Shown: positions 48,709 through 63,280, counted from the stretch's first letter. The stretch: DNA of 64,000 nucleotides from Okamejei kenojei (GCA_035221665.1 CM069136.1:56544001-56608000); one strand, 5' to 3'. Notes: generated by a model from the letters alone, not told the origin. Program-made: numbers and translations.

Positions 48709-50779
48709 AGTTGAGCAAGACCGGTAAATGGACGAATTATTGCTGTAGAAAATTGCATACAGCCAACTGCTAAAACATTCAATGATAAAGGAAAAGTGGA
48801 TGACACCAATACAATGTTGATGGTGTGGGAATTAGCAAATGAAGTGCAAAGGGGTTTGTGATGTTTTATTAATCTCTTAATGTCATATCACATGGAGTGA
48901 TCAGCATAGCAAATATAATATTATATATTGCATATAAATCAGAGTATTATACTAAAACTGCATTGTTTATATCCTGTACTGAATGCTGTTCAGTTTTGTT
49001 GTTTGAACCACCAAAAGGAGATTGAAATTAGAAGAGAATGAAGCCAATTCTCTTATATTTTAAAATCAGAGATGAAGACAAACGCTAGTGATCTTTTAGC
49101 ATGGTCACAGATGCAGCATTATATTGGATGTAAATGAGCATAGGTGAGGTAAATCTGAAGCCGTTGTTTCAAAGCAACGTATGATATTTGTGCAAGGATA
49201 CAAAGGCAGTTCTGCTATAATACAATAGTTGCATCCCTCAGAAACTTTATGTTTTGGAAAATCAAAACAATTGTCAATGGGGTTAAGGGTGTTTAGGGGT
49301 TGGAGAGTTTCAGACTCACAGTAACAAAGTTAGCCTTCCCTGGTTGGATTTTCAAAAATAGAGGTTTTTAAACTAAGTTTATTTTTGTTACCACAAGCTA
49401 AACATACTGAAGGCTGAATGCTACATTGAGTAATAATGAACGTGTCAATAGGAGCAGACACTTAATTTCAATGGCCCCTTGCAGTGAAAGCAGAATTTTT
49501 TTTTTTTTTTTCCCAATACAACTTTTTTATCTGCTTGTCAATTTCCAAAATATGTTTAAAGTGACTCTCTAGTACCTGATTGAAATTGCACAATTTACTT
49601 TGGAATAACCAATTAGGCCTGCACAAATAATGTTCATCAATAACATTATATCTAGTCATGTTGAGGAAATGAGAACCATCTGTATTTGTTAAAATTGGTG
49701 AAAGGAGCAATGTATTCAAATATCAGGAATAACATGGCACAAAGTACTTTCAGCAGTCAAAATAGACACAATGCTGGAGTAACTCAGCGGGTCATTCAAC
49801 ATTCAAGAGATTCAAGTTTCAATTTTGGACACTGATATAATCACAGTAGCTAAGATGTGTTGAACAACCTCCCACATTGACCTGCCTCACGCAACGACAA
49901 TATTGGGAATCTGTTTTTTGACCTGGAACTTGATTATGATTCATTACACTTTCATTTGTATTCTCTCTGCAGATCTATGAAAGTATTTGAAAATTAAAAG
50001 AATTGTAGGTGCTAGAAATCTAAAATTAAATTGCTAGAAACACTCAGCTGGTCAAGCAGCCCTGCAGGAAGAGAATCAGAATTAACATTTTGAATCAAAG
50101 TTATTAAAATTTTTTGTCTCTTTCAGAAGGCTGAGTGCTTACAGCATGTGATTCCTCTATCATAAATATATTATTTTATATATAAAAATATACCCACTAC
50201 ACGTGTTATTCCATAACAACTTTTCAGTTCAATTACAAAAGAAAGTAAATAATCAGTATAATGAATGATTCATTATGGTTCATTCGATACGCCAAACTCT
50301 CCTGTCAGATCACATTACTGGGTAGGACTAGCATTTGTTACCTTCTTGCTTGTGTAAAAATAGTGTGGATAACTTGCAATGCTTAAGTTATATATCTGTT
50401 TTGATATACCCGGCAATAGCTTAAAAAAAGAACAAATCATGCTTTGTAATTTGGGTACTTTAATTGTTTTCCAGACTGAATTGTCAGTTAAAGGCTAAAT
50501 CATTTTTAAACTTAAGTGGCGGTGAGGTGAGGGAGGAAAGGACCAGAATATATTTCTGTTTCATTATTTATTATCCCTGAGGTGTTGACACAATTTTTAG
50601 TGGAATCAACTGAGCCTACTGGCTAAGACATACTCAAACATAAATAAGACTTTATTTTCGATAAGCAGTAACTCTGATAATGAAATGCACAAGATGCAGC
50701 GTAGGGGCATCAATCAGCCCATGGAGTCAGCCTGTCTGGCCTGCCTGCACTCACTGCTCCAAGGGGTTTGCATGTGTCC

Positions 50780-51380
50780 AGTCTGAAGAACGGTCCCAAC
50801 CTGAAATCATACCTATCCATGTTCTCCTGAAATGCTGCCTGACCTGCTAGAGTTACTCCAGCATTTTGTATCTTTGTATATCCAGTTTGGGTGCCCACCT
50901 TGACTCATCATTCTTGCGGCCTACAAGGTTTGGTTCTGTCCCATTAGATTTGCTGCTGGCCCACAGTCCCTAAGGTTCTACTTCTCATGGTCATAGTCAT
51001 ACAGTGTGGAAACAGGCCCTTCAGCCCAACCTGGCCACACCGACCAACATATCTACACTGGTCCCACTTGCCTGTTTTTGATCCATTTCCCACTAAATCT
51101 AAACTATTCATGTTCCTGTTTTAATGTTTCTTAAACATTGCGATAGAAACTGCGTTAGCTGTTGTTGGCTTTCTGGTCTTATCGCTTGCCAGGCTTTGTC
51201 CTGCTTCCAGTTTTCTCAGCCTTTTCCAGTTTTCTCAGCCTACTACAATCAGTCTAAAGAAGGGTCACAATCTGAAACATCATCTATCCATTCCCTCCAC
51301 TGATGTTGCCTGACCCGCTGAGTTATTACAGCACTTTGTGTTATGCTCTGGATGCCAACATTGGCACTTCCTTATGTTTC
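50780..51380. repeat. Cluster of two pLTR-derived arms and a CR1 tail
   Basis: CTGAAGA-ACGGTCCCAACCT-GAAA at 50783-50806; CR1 tail ~50990-51140; second arm ~51245-51380. Confidence 0.55.
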
Positions 51381-51960
51381 ATGCAGGGAATAAATAGGGT
51401 GAATGCACCTCGTTTTTTTTCTCCCAGTTACAGAATCAAGAACCAAAGGACATAGTTTAAGGTCAGAGGGGTTGATTTAATAAGGGGCATCTTGGTTGGT
51501 GTGTTGTATAACTATGATTAATGCAATTGGTCAAAGGAAAATTCAATTAGACATCTACTCCTGCACTGATCCCAAGGTGCACAACGCACGTACACCACAC
51601 GGGTTCTACAGGGTCCAAGTGGCTCGGTTTAAGAATGGACCATTCAAGTAAAATACACTTTTTTTCTCTTTAGCCTTTTGAAATATCAATGTCATATGTC
51701 ATATAAGAATATAACCAAGCACAGGACATGTGATCTGGATGGAAAGAGGCAGTGAAGTATTGTTGATAGGGTAGGGAAGAGACCAAAAATACTGATCTCT
51801 GTTTATGCACCACAGCTTTGGATCATAAATCCAGCCTTTCCTCAAAAACGTTGTGCCTTCGCTGGATTTTAATTAGAAGTTAAATGATAGAAGATGGGGG
51901 AAAGATGGGAAGATGGGAAGCCTAGAATGAAGCATTTGTTTCCATTTTGAGTTGCATTAA

Positions 51961-52080
<120 letters not shown>

Positions 52081-52696
52081 TAAGTACTTTCACATCATAG
52101 GGTAATGTTTGCCTATGATATTTCATTATTTGGTTCATGGCCTCCTCAGTGCATCATTTCTCATTGTAGTGGTCAAAGATGAAACTACCATGAATGAGAA
52201 TGAATTCCGCACAACATTAATTCAAAATGCTGATTTGATTAATTCACGATCAGTGTGACCTCCATCATCACAATAACCGGGTTAAATAACAGGGTTTCAT
52301 TTTTGGTGCCTTAACCATGGTACATTTCCTTTGCAATCTAGATTTATTTTTGTCTTTTCCCCACCTTTGGTGCTCTGTGTAAATTTTAGATGCTTGTTTT
52401 TTATTTTATTTGCAAAATGTTATTAAATATGTAGTTTTGCTATTGACATTTTTCAAATATTGAAATCTAACTGCATAGAAATGGGATTTCATGATGGAAA
52501 TTGTTGCCAAGTATAAAAACAAGACCAATAAATCTACTTCCTACATAGTTTTGATGGTTATATTTATTCATGAACAAAGATTGTGTTGAATGAAAAGCCA
52601 CAATGAAAATTAAGCATCAATTAAAAAAAAGTTTTTGAATTGAAAGTCCATAAAGTTTACAGTAATAATAATTACATTCCATCTGGTAATTGTCCT

Positions 52697-52894
52697 TCGA
52701 TAGACACAAAGTGCTGGAGCAACTCAGCGGGTTAGACATCATCTCTGGAGAAACAGGATAAGGGATGCTTTTCGTGTTGGGATACTTCTTTAAACTTCTC
52801 CTTTTTCTCCAGGATGCTGTCTGATCCACTGAGTTACTCCAGCACTTTATGTTCTTCTGTGTAAACCAGCATCTGCAGTTCTTTGTTTCTACAA
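52697..52894. mobile_element. Fold-back pLTR-derived element
   Basis: Inverted arms; 11-bp TSD GTAATTGTCCT at 52686-52696 and 52895-52905. Confidence 0.7.
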
Positions 52895-55240
52895 GTAATT
52901 GTCCTGTATTGGATGTACTTAAACATTGGATAAACATCCGATTTCCTTTCCTGATGAAGCCCCTTATGAAATGATAAATCTGAGAAATGCTGAAGAATTA
53001 AATTTGCTCCAATTTCAAGCAGAATTGGACCTGGGATGAATTGCAAAAAGATAAGCACTCGTTAATTTTATGTTGGATTCTAAATTAATATCAAAAGGTA
53101 ACTTCATTCTGCAATGAACCTGTGGGAACCATTAATTGGTTATTCTCATTTTCCAGAATAATTAAGAATGCCCCTTCCCTGGACCCATTTCCATTCTTGC
53201 TTGGTCACCGGAGCTTTTCCATTAGACTGGTTTATTATGTGATTGTGTAAATTTTTTATTATGATTTGAAATCATCTTTTGCTTTCCAATTCAAGATTTC
53301 CTATTAATCCAGTGGTTAAATAAAACTATATCCAAACATTCATTTGATTTTTCTCTTTAATCTTCTTGTATGTCAAAGTCATTGGAAAAATATAACAAAG
53401 CTCATGAGATATGATGGAAAGTGGGAGTATTGCTGACGGGGTTTATGCCTTTTATCTTCTTGCCCCATAATTAAGTTCATGCTGTGATTAATTGAACACT
53501 TGGCATAGTGAATTACTTTAAATGGTTAATTTTGCAGAATGTTTGTGGAAGCTTTTCCTCAAGTTAAAAATCGAGAGACTGCAGTTGAAGGATATGCCCC
53601 TGCCTCAGTATGAGAGGGCAAACCACCTTGGATGTGATTTGCAATTAGATAATTATTTAGTGCAAATTTTTAAAAAGGATAACATGTTAGTAGTTTCTTA
53701 TGCAGTCACATAGCTGTAAAGAAATTACCACTGCACTGCTACTCTCATTCTTTTCATGATACCTAATTGACCCTAAACTTTACCGTCTTTAAGAGGCCAG
53801 CCTGAAAGCCAGTTTTACCTTCTTTTTTTCTTTGTCAACAAGAAGTTAATTACTTTTATTCCTGCTGACCAATGGAAATAAAAAGCATGTTTCTCATTGA
53901 TTACTGGTTTATATAAAATATTACAGGATATAAATGTTATCAATGAAAATAATGTACACGCTTGCTCTTCCTGGACATAATAGGAATTTGAAAATAAGAA
54001 TTGTGTACACCATTTGGTAGTAAACAATTGTAAATAAGTGTGGAAGGAAGTGAGAAAAATCTACTCATTCAGTCATTCAACTACCTCCTTCCTATTTAAT
54101 TTATTCAATTTCACAATTAGCTGGATTTTGAGCTATTCTTATGTTGATCCTAGTATGTAACAGCAGATTTTTTTCAGAATAATCATTGTTCTCACAGTGC
54201 ACTAGTCATTTTCTTCTGTGTGACTGGCTTATCCAAAGATCAACATAGGAAACAAACTAATAAATCACAGGAAATTATTTATGATAAAATGCATGTCATT
54301 CAGGTTTTATATTATACTTGCCTCTTAATGTTTATGCTCGGGAAGGCCGCCTTTAACTTCCCCTGTGGCTGTACATATGACACTGCACTGATCCTTTCAT
54401 AGGATTTTGCAGAACCAGTCCACGTCTATTTCAGTAATGTGCAGTTGTTTTTATCCAGTCACATAAATTAATCCTAGTCTTTTGCCGTGATCTAATTTCC
54501 GTTTCATAAAAATCTAATGCTTGAGTAGGAATTATCTTTTACAATTAGATTCTATTTTTTTCCCTGAACAAAATAGAATACATTTGCTTCATAGCCTCTG
54601 GTGTTTTGTGTTTTTTTAATTAATGTGTGATTTTTGTTCTTTCCTTGAGCTTGAACCTCTTGAATTTGAGTGGTAAATTTAGTTTCTGCTTTCTCTACCC
54701 CAAAACATGATTTGTTTTAAATTTTACAAACTGCATCCTTTGTAGTCATTATTTTCTCTACCTGCGTTAACTGCAGATTTGACTGGTATGTAGTTGGTTT
54801 CTATTTATGTACCAAAAATTTAAGTGTTCTGCAGTAAGTCTGCCTATTCCTTTTGTTCCCATAATCCACTCCATTCAGAGACTTTATGTCGGTTGTGTTG
54901 ACGGGTTTCCCAGGAATTGCACGGTTATCGGATCATGTCAAGTAGAATTACAGGAACTCCAAATAAATCAGATGAATGCTTAGATATTTCTAAAACTTAT
55001 TCAAAGCCTACTAGAGAGTGTACAGTATTTATAAATGCTTTGAATATTTGCATATTAATAACAATACGGTATTTGATATTTTAAAATTGTTTTTACTGTT
55101 AAATGTCTAGTACAAGGCTTATTGGTTTTTCCTAATTTTACAAAATATTGAAATTCCTCTAGTTTCCAATGAACTGTGATATGCAAATTTTAGTCCTTGA
55201 ATTGATTGGCTGTGAAGAAAATAAACAAAATAAACTGCTT

Positions 55241-55492
55241 CTGTCCGCGCCGACCACTGATCCCTGTTACACGAGCATACACTGCACACTAAGGCCATTT
55301 AATAATTTTTACCAAAGCCAATTCACCTACAAACCTGTACGTCCTTGGAGGGTGGGAGGAAACCGGAGCACCCAGGAAAAACCCACGCGGTCACTGGGCG
55401 AACGTACAAACTCAGTACAGACAGCGGCCATAGTCAGGATCGAAGTCAGGTCTCTGGTAAGGCAACAACTCTACTGTTGCACCACCTTGCCA
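55241..55492 (-). mobile_element. HE1-like V-SINE
   Basis: GGGAGGAAACCGGAGCACCC..GAAAACCCACGCGGTCAC..GAACGTACAAACTC. Confidence 0.78.
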
Positions 55493-55744
55493 CTACTGAA
55501 ATGCTACACATGTCTGAGAATCCATTTGTGCTGCAGGTGTTTCCTCAGAAAATTACACAGAACTTTTGCGGTCCCTTGCAAATATGAAATACATTTTATG
55601 GGAATGTATGCTTCCTTGTAATACAAAATAAATACCTACGCTGTATAGAAATAAACTGTCATTTAATATTAATGCAAATTGGAACACTGAATAATGTTGT
55701 TCAACTGGTAAGGATGCAGTTTTGTGCCTCAGTGAGAATTCTAA

Positions 55745-56050
<306 letters not shown>

Positions 56051-57084
56051 TAAATAGTAAGTAATGTTGTTCACTGGAATATAATTCACATTTAATCTGG
56101 ACAAGACTTAATCTCATCCCAACATTCCATAAGAGGGTAGCATCAAAATATTAAATCCATATTCATAATTCTACATATGAAGTTTTAAAACCATCAATTT
56201 AATAAATGTATTCTCATTATGTTTAATCATGCAATGATAGAAATTAAATCAACAATATTCTCGTTACTTATTTGGCAAGCCTCCCTAAACCATGAATGCT
56301 TCAGTTCTTCCTTTATATCCAAATGCTCCTTGACAATACCCATTGTCAAGTCGCCATCCAAATTGGTTCATTACATGACTTTTCCCAATAATCCATGTTT
56401 GAAGATGATGTAGGACATTCCTTACAACTAAGACATCCATATCATGCAATTAAATGGCGGGTTGTATTTGTTGCTAGCTTTTTAGTTAAATAATTAGCCT
56501 TAAGGAACACCATTTCATGACTCGTTCATTTCTTTGCAGTTTGTGACATATTGATATATTTTAAAAGGTAAAATCTGCAGTGAAATTGTGTAGTTTAAAA
56601 ATGGAGATCTGGGAGTTCACAGCTGCATCTCTGAAGTGGCACGCAAAGTTGGCACTTTAAAAAACAAGTAATAATCCATTGCTTTTTAAATAGAGGAGAA
56701 AGCTACGTTGAGGTTTTTTCAATTATTGATTAAGCTTCATCCTGTGTTGTTGCGGTACTGGGCACCCAGAGCTTCCAAGTAGTACAGATTTTCCTTATTT
56801 TGTCTGGAAATGCGATCAGAATACGGATGTACGGGTTTGCTTTGTAAAATATGGATTTTTAAAAATCAGCCTGACTTCCTGTTTCATCTTGCTACTTAAA
56901 AAATGCAAGGATATAAAAAGTCATTTAGCTCTTAAAGTTATAGCAGATCAAATCTATTAGTATTTTAAATTTCAAGATCTGCATGATTATTTTTGTAAGC
57001 TTTGATCTGCCTGTCCCGCTACAGGTTTAAACAGCGCTGTCAGTTTAATGCTATGGGTTCTAATTATAGCACTACCAGCTGGAG

Positions 57085-57360
57085 TGCTATTGCCTTTACA
57101 CATAGCGCTATGGGCTTTACACATAACGCTGTGGGCTTTACACAGAGCGCTGTGGCCACAGCGCTATAGGTCACAGACTGTTCAGGGAAGAGAAGTAGAG
57201 GGGGAGTGGGAGGGAGGGAGGAAATAAGAGAGGGAGGGAGGAAAAAAGGAAGGAGAGAGGGAGGAAGAGAGGAGGAGGGAAGGGGAGGGAGAGGGAGAGA
57301 GAGAGGGAGGGTAGGAGGGAGAGGGAGGGAAAGAGAGGAATGAGGGCGAGAGAGGGAGGC
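57085..57360 (+). repeat. 21-bp tandem repeat (~3 units) followed by a polypurine tract
   Basis: GCT(A/G)TGGGCTTTACACA.A.C units, then GA-rich low complexity at 57184-57360. Confidence 0.75.
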
Positions 57361-58107
57361 TTCCAAAATGGCTTCTACATCATCATCTCATGCTAAAAGC
57401 AGGAAGCAGCCGTTCAAACAGCAGTGTACAAAGAGATGGCAATGAATGCACTGTCAAGTAAGGCATTGGTAGCAAAGTTATGCATTCTTATACTCTTACA
57501 TGGGTATGACCGCACATAAAAAATAACACTTTTTTCAGCAAAATGGCACCGCGTAAAAATACTGATTTCCACAGCAAAATACTGATCTTCAGGTACTCGA
57601 ATACTGAAATGCTCTGACAAAAACTTGGCAGCTCTGGGCACCACAGTTTGCACATTGAAGAAGGATTTCATTAAAGTGGAGACAGGAGAAGCTGAAGTTG
57701 TTTACAGTAAAATGATAGGGAGGGAAGTCAAATAAAGTATGTTGAGTTGACATGAATAAATGGGAATAATTTTCTTTCCACTGCCGGGGGGGGGGGGGGG
57801 TAAAAACCTAGGAAGTTCAAAGGATGAAAATGTTTGTCAAATGTACTTGTTCTGCATTGCATTGGTGCATTGGTGGCAGCAGTTTTGTGGTGGAAGCAGT
57901 TTTATATTGACTGAGAATATTGGTATAGTTTGGCTAGTTTTTTTACCAATTAACACAGCTACAATGGTCCATATGATGGCTTCTTTAGTAATGGATATGA
58001 TTTGGTATTTTCGTTCCATCAATAAACGTATCTCCTTCCCACTGTTTTGCAAATGACTTGAAGGTTTTGAATGATGTTTGTAATGCCTAATGTCCAATTT
58101 GACTTAG

Positions 58108-58180
58108 ATGAAACTGAATATGAATACAGTGGAAGTGAAGAGGAAGAAGAGGAATTGCCTGAGCAAGAGGGAGAGCCAAG
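58108..58180 (+). CDS. MAP4K4: MAP4K4 exon 11 equivalent (acidic stretch)
   Basis: acttag|(D)ETEYEYSGSEEEEEELPEQEGEP+AG|gtaata; 73 nt. Confidence 0.95.
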
Positions 58181-58509
58181 GTAATAGTATGTTGCTAAAA
58201 GTATTTTTTTGGACAGATGTAATCTAAGTCACAAGAAAGCCCACTATTAATTTTGTTTGCTTTTGTTTCTACATTCTGTTTTTACAATTTATACCTTTAC
58301 ATTCTCCTTTGCACCTAGTTTTCATTTATTATATATTTGTTGTTTTTGTAAAAACATAAGTTCTCAGGTGCATGATTCTCTAGTTAAGTGAATGACCAGC
58401 CAACATTCCCTCTGGATAAAGTGATTCCAGGTTTAGAATCTCTTGTCCGACATTCTGTGTCCTGGCAGTTTCACCGGAGAGCCTCACTGAGCAGTGAATC
58501 TGGACATTG

Positions 58510-58745
58510 CGGGTGGCACTGTGGTAGAGTTGTTGCCTTACAGTGCCAGGGAGCCAGGTTCGATCCTGATTACGGGTGATTTTTCTGGGTTTCCTCCCAC
58601 ATTCCAAATACATGTAGGTTTTAGGTTAATTAGCTTCTGTAAATTGTTACTAGTGTGTAGCATAGGACTAGTGTACATGTGATTGCTGGTCGGCGTGTAC
58701 TCGGTGAGCTGAAGGGCCTGTTTCCACGCTATCTCTGAAACTAAA
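58510..58745 (+). mobile_element. HE1-like V-SINE
   Basis: GGGTGGCAC..GGTAGAGTTGTTGCCTTACAG..GGTTCGATCCTGA; tail GAAGGGCCTGTTTCC. Confidence 0.75.
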
Positions 58746-59091
58746 ATCTACAATGAAATCGACAATGAAATCTCCCATGATCTGGCATGTTTTGAATCTA
58801 CTGTACTAAATTAGACTGCACAATTTTGTAGCTAATTAACCCAGCAGTGTGACTGTCACAATCTGAGCTGACAGCATTTTTGACTCGAAGAACTTGGGGT
58901 TATGGACGGTTCCAAGAACCCTTGCCCAACCCAGGGAGTGTCTGTACTTAAAATAAAATAGCTGCCCTACTCAGAGGAAGATGATTAGTGGTAATTTTCT
59001 GTGGTCAGCACCAGTGAGGCTCTCAAGGGAAGACACAAAGTACTGGTGTAACTCAATGGGTCAGGCAGCCTCTCCGGCGAACATGGATAGG

Positions 59092-61243
59092 CAGGGCTAC
59101 CAACTCTCACGCATTGAGCGTGAAACTAACTAATTTGAGGAAATTCTCACGCTCGCACGCTGATGACAGAAGTTCTCAAGCTCAAAAAAATATTTTAAAA
59201 AAAAATATGAATAGATAAATAAAGTCACACTCCTCCACACTCACCAATGAGAATAGTTTTTTTGTTGGCGGGTTCCCTGTTAAGAACGAGCAACAGACTT
59301 AAGCCCATCGCACACTATTTAAAATGGCAATGTAGACAAAAATGCTTGAGAAACTCAGCGGGTGAGGCAACATCTATGTCTGAGTTTGACCCTTCTTCAC
59401 ACTCAAGCATTTCTCCAGCATTTTTGTCCACCGCTCTATAGATGCTGCCTCACCCGCATTCACATTCCCGTGCAGATGGTGTGAGAGATGAGACGTGGCG
59501 GTGGTCCCAGCACCAACCCCGCGTTCCCCCCCCCCCCCCCCCCCTCAGGCACCGCTCACACCCCCACCCTCACCTGCGGCGGCTCTGTGGCCGTCGGCCG
59601 CTCTGTCCACACCACATGGAGTTGCCAGGAGCGAACCGGGTGAATGGGGGCGTCGGTGAAGTCTCCGGAGCCGCGGGGATGAATCTCGGGCTATATCTCC
59701 GCTCCGATGCCTGATCCTTAGGTCACTGACCCTCACCTCCCACGGACCCCAGCTGGACACAGAGCATCCAGGCTGGCCCGCATTCCCGGGGAGGGGGGGA
59801 GAGAGGGAAATGCTCCCTGGACATCGCCAAGTCCCCGCTCACTCTGGGTGTTGTCGCCGCTTCACTGACACACACTCTGCACAACCTAACACACACTCTC
59901 ACACACAACCTAACACACACACTTACACACACACAAGGTTTAAAGGGATATGGGCCAAATGCGGATACATGGGACTAGTTTAGATGGGGTATCTAAATCT
60001 GCATTTACAAGTTGGGATGAAGGACCTGTATCCATGCTGTAAGATTGTGACACACTGCAGAAAGGGTGCAATTGCTCTGGAGAGGATCCAGGGGCGATTT
60101 ATGAACATATTGGCGGGGCTTGAATTTTTTTTTCACTTTGAAGAAAGATTTGATAACTGGGATTGTATTCTCTGTAGCAACGGAGGTGAAGAAAAGACTT
60201 AGTTGAGGTGAATAATATTATGAGAATAGGACCTGTTTCGCTTAACAAAGAGTGTAAGAAGGAACTGCAGATGGTGTTTTAAACTGAAGATTGACACTAA
60301 AAGCTGGAATAACTCAGCAGGACATGCGGCATCCCTGGAGAGAAAGAATAGGTGATGTTTCGGGCCGAGACCTTCAGACTGAAGAGGTTGAAAACCAGCC
60401 ATAAAACACAATGACTGGAGATGTGTGTTATCCAACTAAGGGCAGTAATTATAATCATGTGTTCATCTTTGTTGACGTGACACCATAATAAATATATTAC
60501 AGAAAAAATAATTTAATGTGGTGGCACGGTGGCGCAGCGGTAGAGTTGCTGCCTTGCAGCACCACAGACACAGATTTCATCCTGACTATTTGGTGCTGTC
60601 TGTACAGTATTTGTACATTCTCCTTACGACCACATGGTTTTTTCTGGATATTCCGGTTTCTCCCACATCTGTGCAGGTTTGTAGGTTAATTGGCTTCTGT
60701 AAATTGTCCATGGTGTGTAGGATACAACTGGTGTAAGGTAGATTTCTGGTCGGTATGGACTTGGTGAGCTGAAGGGCCTGTTTCCATATATATGTTTTAC
60801 ATATATACCTTAATTTCATTGAACCGTATACGGTTGAATATGTGGCATTATTTTCGACTTGTTTCTATAGTCGAAGGGTAAGGTTGATTGATTTATTTGT
60901 GCAGAACAGTGATGGAACTCAGAACACTGATGGAACTCCTCTTGCCTTGTTTCTAGGTTTTTGTTTCTCTATATATACGCATAACAGCCTGAATTATAAT
61001 CTGATTTCCATACATGAATATACTAAGGTCACTCATGTGCTGCACCTGTTGATCAGAGCCTGGCTCTACTGTGGAATATAGTTAGGAATGTAATTTAGCC
61101 TATCCTTATTCATACCTAATCCAATTTGAAGCATAAATGTTGCATTCAAGTGTAAGTTAAAAGACTCGCAACAGTATGCACCAGATTGCACAATTTCAAG
61201 CTGAAAAATGCAAAAGCTCCCTACTAAAATGTTGGCAGCCCTG
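59092..61243. mobile_element. Non-autonomous hAT-like DNA transposon (2.15 kb) with 6-bp TSD
   Basis: TIRs CAGGGCTACCAAC / GTTGGCAGCCCTG; GATAGG at 59086-59091 and 61244-61249; splits a pLTR repeat that rejoins when the element is removed. Confidence 0.75.
60519..60790 (+). mobile_element. HE1-like V-SINE nested in the hAT-like element
   Basis: GGTGGCACGGTGGCGCAGCGGTAGAGTTGCTGCC head; GAAGGGCCTGTTTCC tail. Confidence 0.78.
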
Positions 61244-61249
61244 GATAGG

Positions 61250-61280
61250 TAACATTTCGGGTTGGGACCCTTCTTCAGAT
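61250..61280 (-). ncRNA. Putative minimal hammerhead ribozyme core (PLE type)
   Basis: Minus strand CTGAAGA-A-GGGT-CCCA-ACCC-GAAA-TGTTA: both conserved boxes with an intact stem II. Confidence 0.5.
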
Positions 61281-61946
61281 TGTTTGTGGTGGTGATAGGA
61301 GGAGGAGAGGAGGAAGAAAATTGGAAGGTAGAATGTGCAGGCTAGTGTGGCAAGTGATAGATGGATGCAGATGAGAGGGGTTTTGGATTGGCAGATGCTT
61401 GGACAAAGCCAGTGAAAGACTAAAGATATGAGATAAGGGTAGACAAATTGCCCAAGTGGTGGACCTTTAGGTCCAACATGACTGTTAGTAAGTTGAACAT
61501 TTGTGTTTTTTCCCTCTGCATTTTCTTCTTCCATCTGTTCTCCAGAGAAAAATGTGCCTGTTCTCTATTCTGTGCCTCCCTCTGGTGGCACAGAACAGAA
61601 ATCCGTGTGAAAATCTGATATTTGATCAGCCAAATGATATCATCAATAATTAAATGTTCTTAACGGTGTCTAACATTTCTCAGCCATGCCATAAGTAATG
61701 TGGAAATTGGAAAAAAGTGAACATGAAATAAATGTCTGTTATGATTTGTTCTAATCATGCAGTTGAGGAAAGTTTTGACTGTAAATGGACCAGGAGAGGA
61801 ACTGAAGGCTATGATTGCGTCCTGGTGTTTGCATCATACCGTTGTATGAGAACAAGAATATAGTTCAACTTTCTATCAGAACAAAACATAGAAAAACGGC
61901 TGGGTGCATTTTTACATTTGAATTTTTACATTTGAATTTTTACATT

Positions 61947-63280
61947 GGATATTCCCTAGGACATTGAGGGAGGTTAGTGTAGAAATAGCAGGAGCTATGA
62001 CAGAAATATTTCAAATGTCATTAGAAACGGGAATATTGCCGGAGGATTGGCGTACTGCGCATGTTGTTCCATTGTTTAAAAAGGGTTCAAAGAATAAACC
62101 TAGCAATTATAGACCTATTAGTTTGACGTCAGTGGTGGGCAAATTAATGGAAAGGATACTTAGAGATAATATATATAAGCATCTGGATAAACAGGGTCTG
62201 ATCAGGAACAGTCAACATGGATTTGTGCCTGGAAAGTCATGTTTGATAAACCTTGAATTTTCTGAAGCGGTAACTAGGGAAATTGATGAGGGTAAAGCAG
62301 TGGATGTTGTCTATATGGATTTCAGTAAGGCCTTTGACAAGGTTCCCCATGGAAGGTTGGTTAAGAAGGTTCAATCTTTGGGTGTTAATGGCGGAGTAGC
62401 AAGATGGATTCAACAGTGGCTGAATGGGAGATGTCAGAGAGTAATGGTGGATGGCTGTTTGTCAGGTTGGAAGCCGGTGACCAGTGGGGTGCCTCAGGGA
62501 TCTGTGTTGGGTCCACTGTTGTTTGTCATGTACATCAATGATCTGGATGATGGGGTGGAAAATTGGATAAGTATGCAGATGATACTAAGATAGGTGGTGT
62601 TGTGGATAATGAAGTAGATTTTCAAAGTCTACAGAGAGATTTGGGCCATTTGGAAAAGTGGGCTGAAAGATGGCAGATGGAGTTTAATGCTGTTAAGTGT
62701 GAAGTGCTACATCTTGGCAGGACAAATCAAAATAGGACGTACATGGTAAATGGTAAGGAATTGAGGAATGCTGTGGAACAGAGGGATCTAGGAATAGGAA
62801 ATTTACTAGAATGTTGCCTGGGTTCCAGCAACTATGTTACAGAGAAAGGTTGAACAAGTTAGGTCTTTATTCTTTGGAGCGCAGAAGGTTAAGGGGGGAC
62901 TTGATTGAGGTCTTTAAAATGATAAAAGGGATAGACAGAGTTGACGTGGATAAGCTTTTCCCATTGAGGGTAGGGAAGATTAAAAACAAGAGGGCATGAC
63001 ATGAGAATTAAGGGACAGAAGTTTAGGGGTAACGTGAGGGGGAACTTCTTTACTCAGAGGGTGGTGGCTGTGTGGAATGAGCTTCCAGCAGAAGTGGTGG
63101 AGGCAGGATCGATTTTAACATTTAAAAGTAAAGTGGATAGGTATATGGACGTGAAGGGAATGGAGGGGTATGGTCTGAGTGCAGGTAGATGGGACTAGGG
63201 GAAAACAAATGGTCGCCACGGACTGGAAGGGCCGAGAGGGCCTGTTTCCGTGCTGTAATTGTTATATGGTTATATGGTTA
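61947..63280 (+). mobile_element. CR1 LINE subfamily B, copy 2, with internal deletion
   Basis: Nearly identical to 19083-20644 but lacks ~220 bp at ~62795; (TTATATGG)n tail. Confidence 0.95.
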
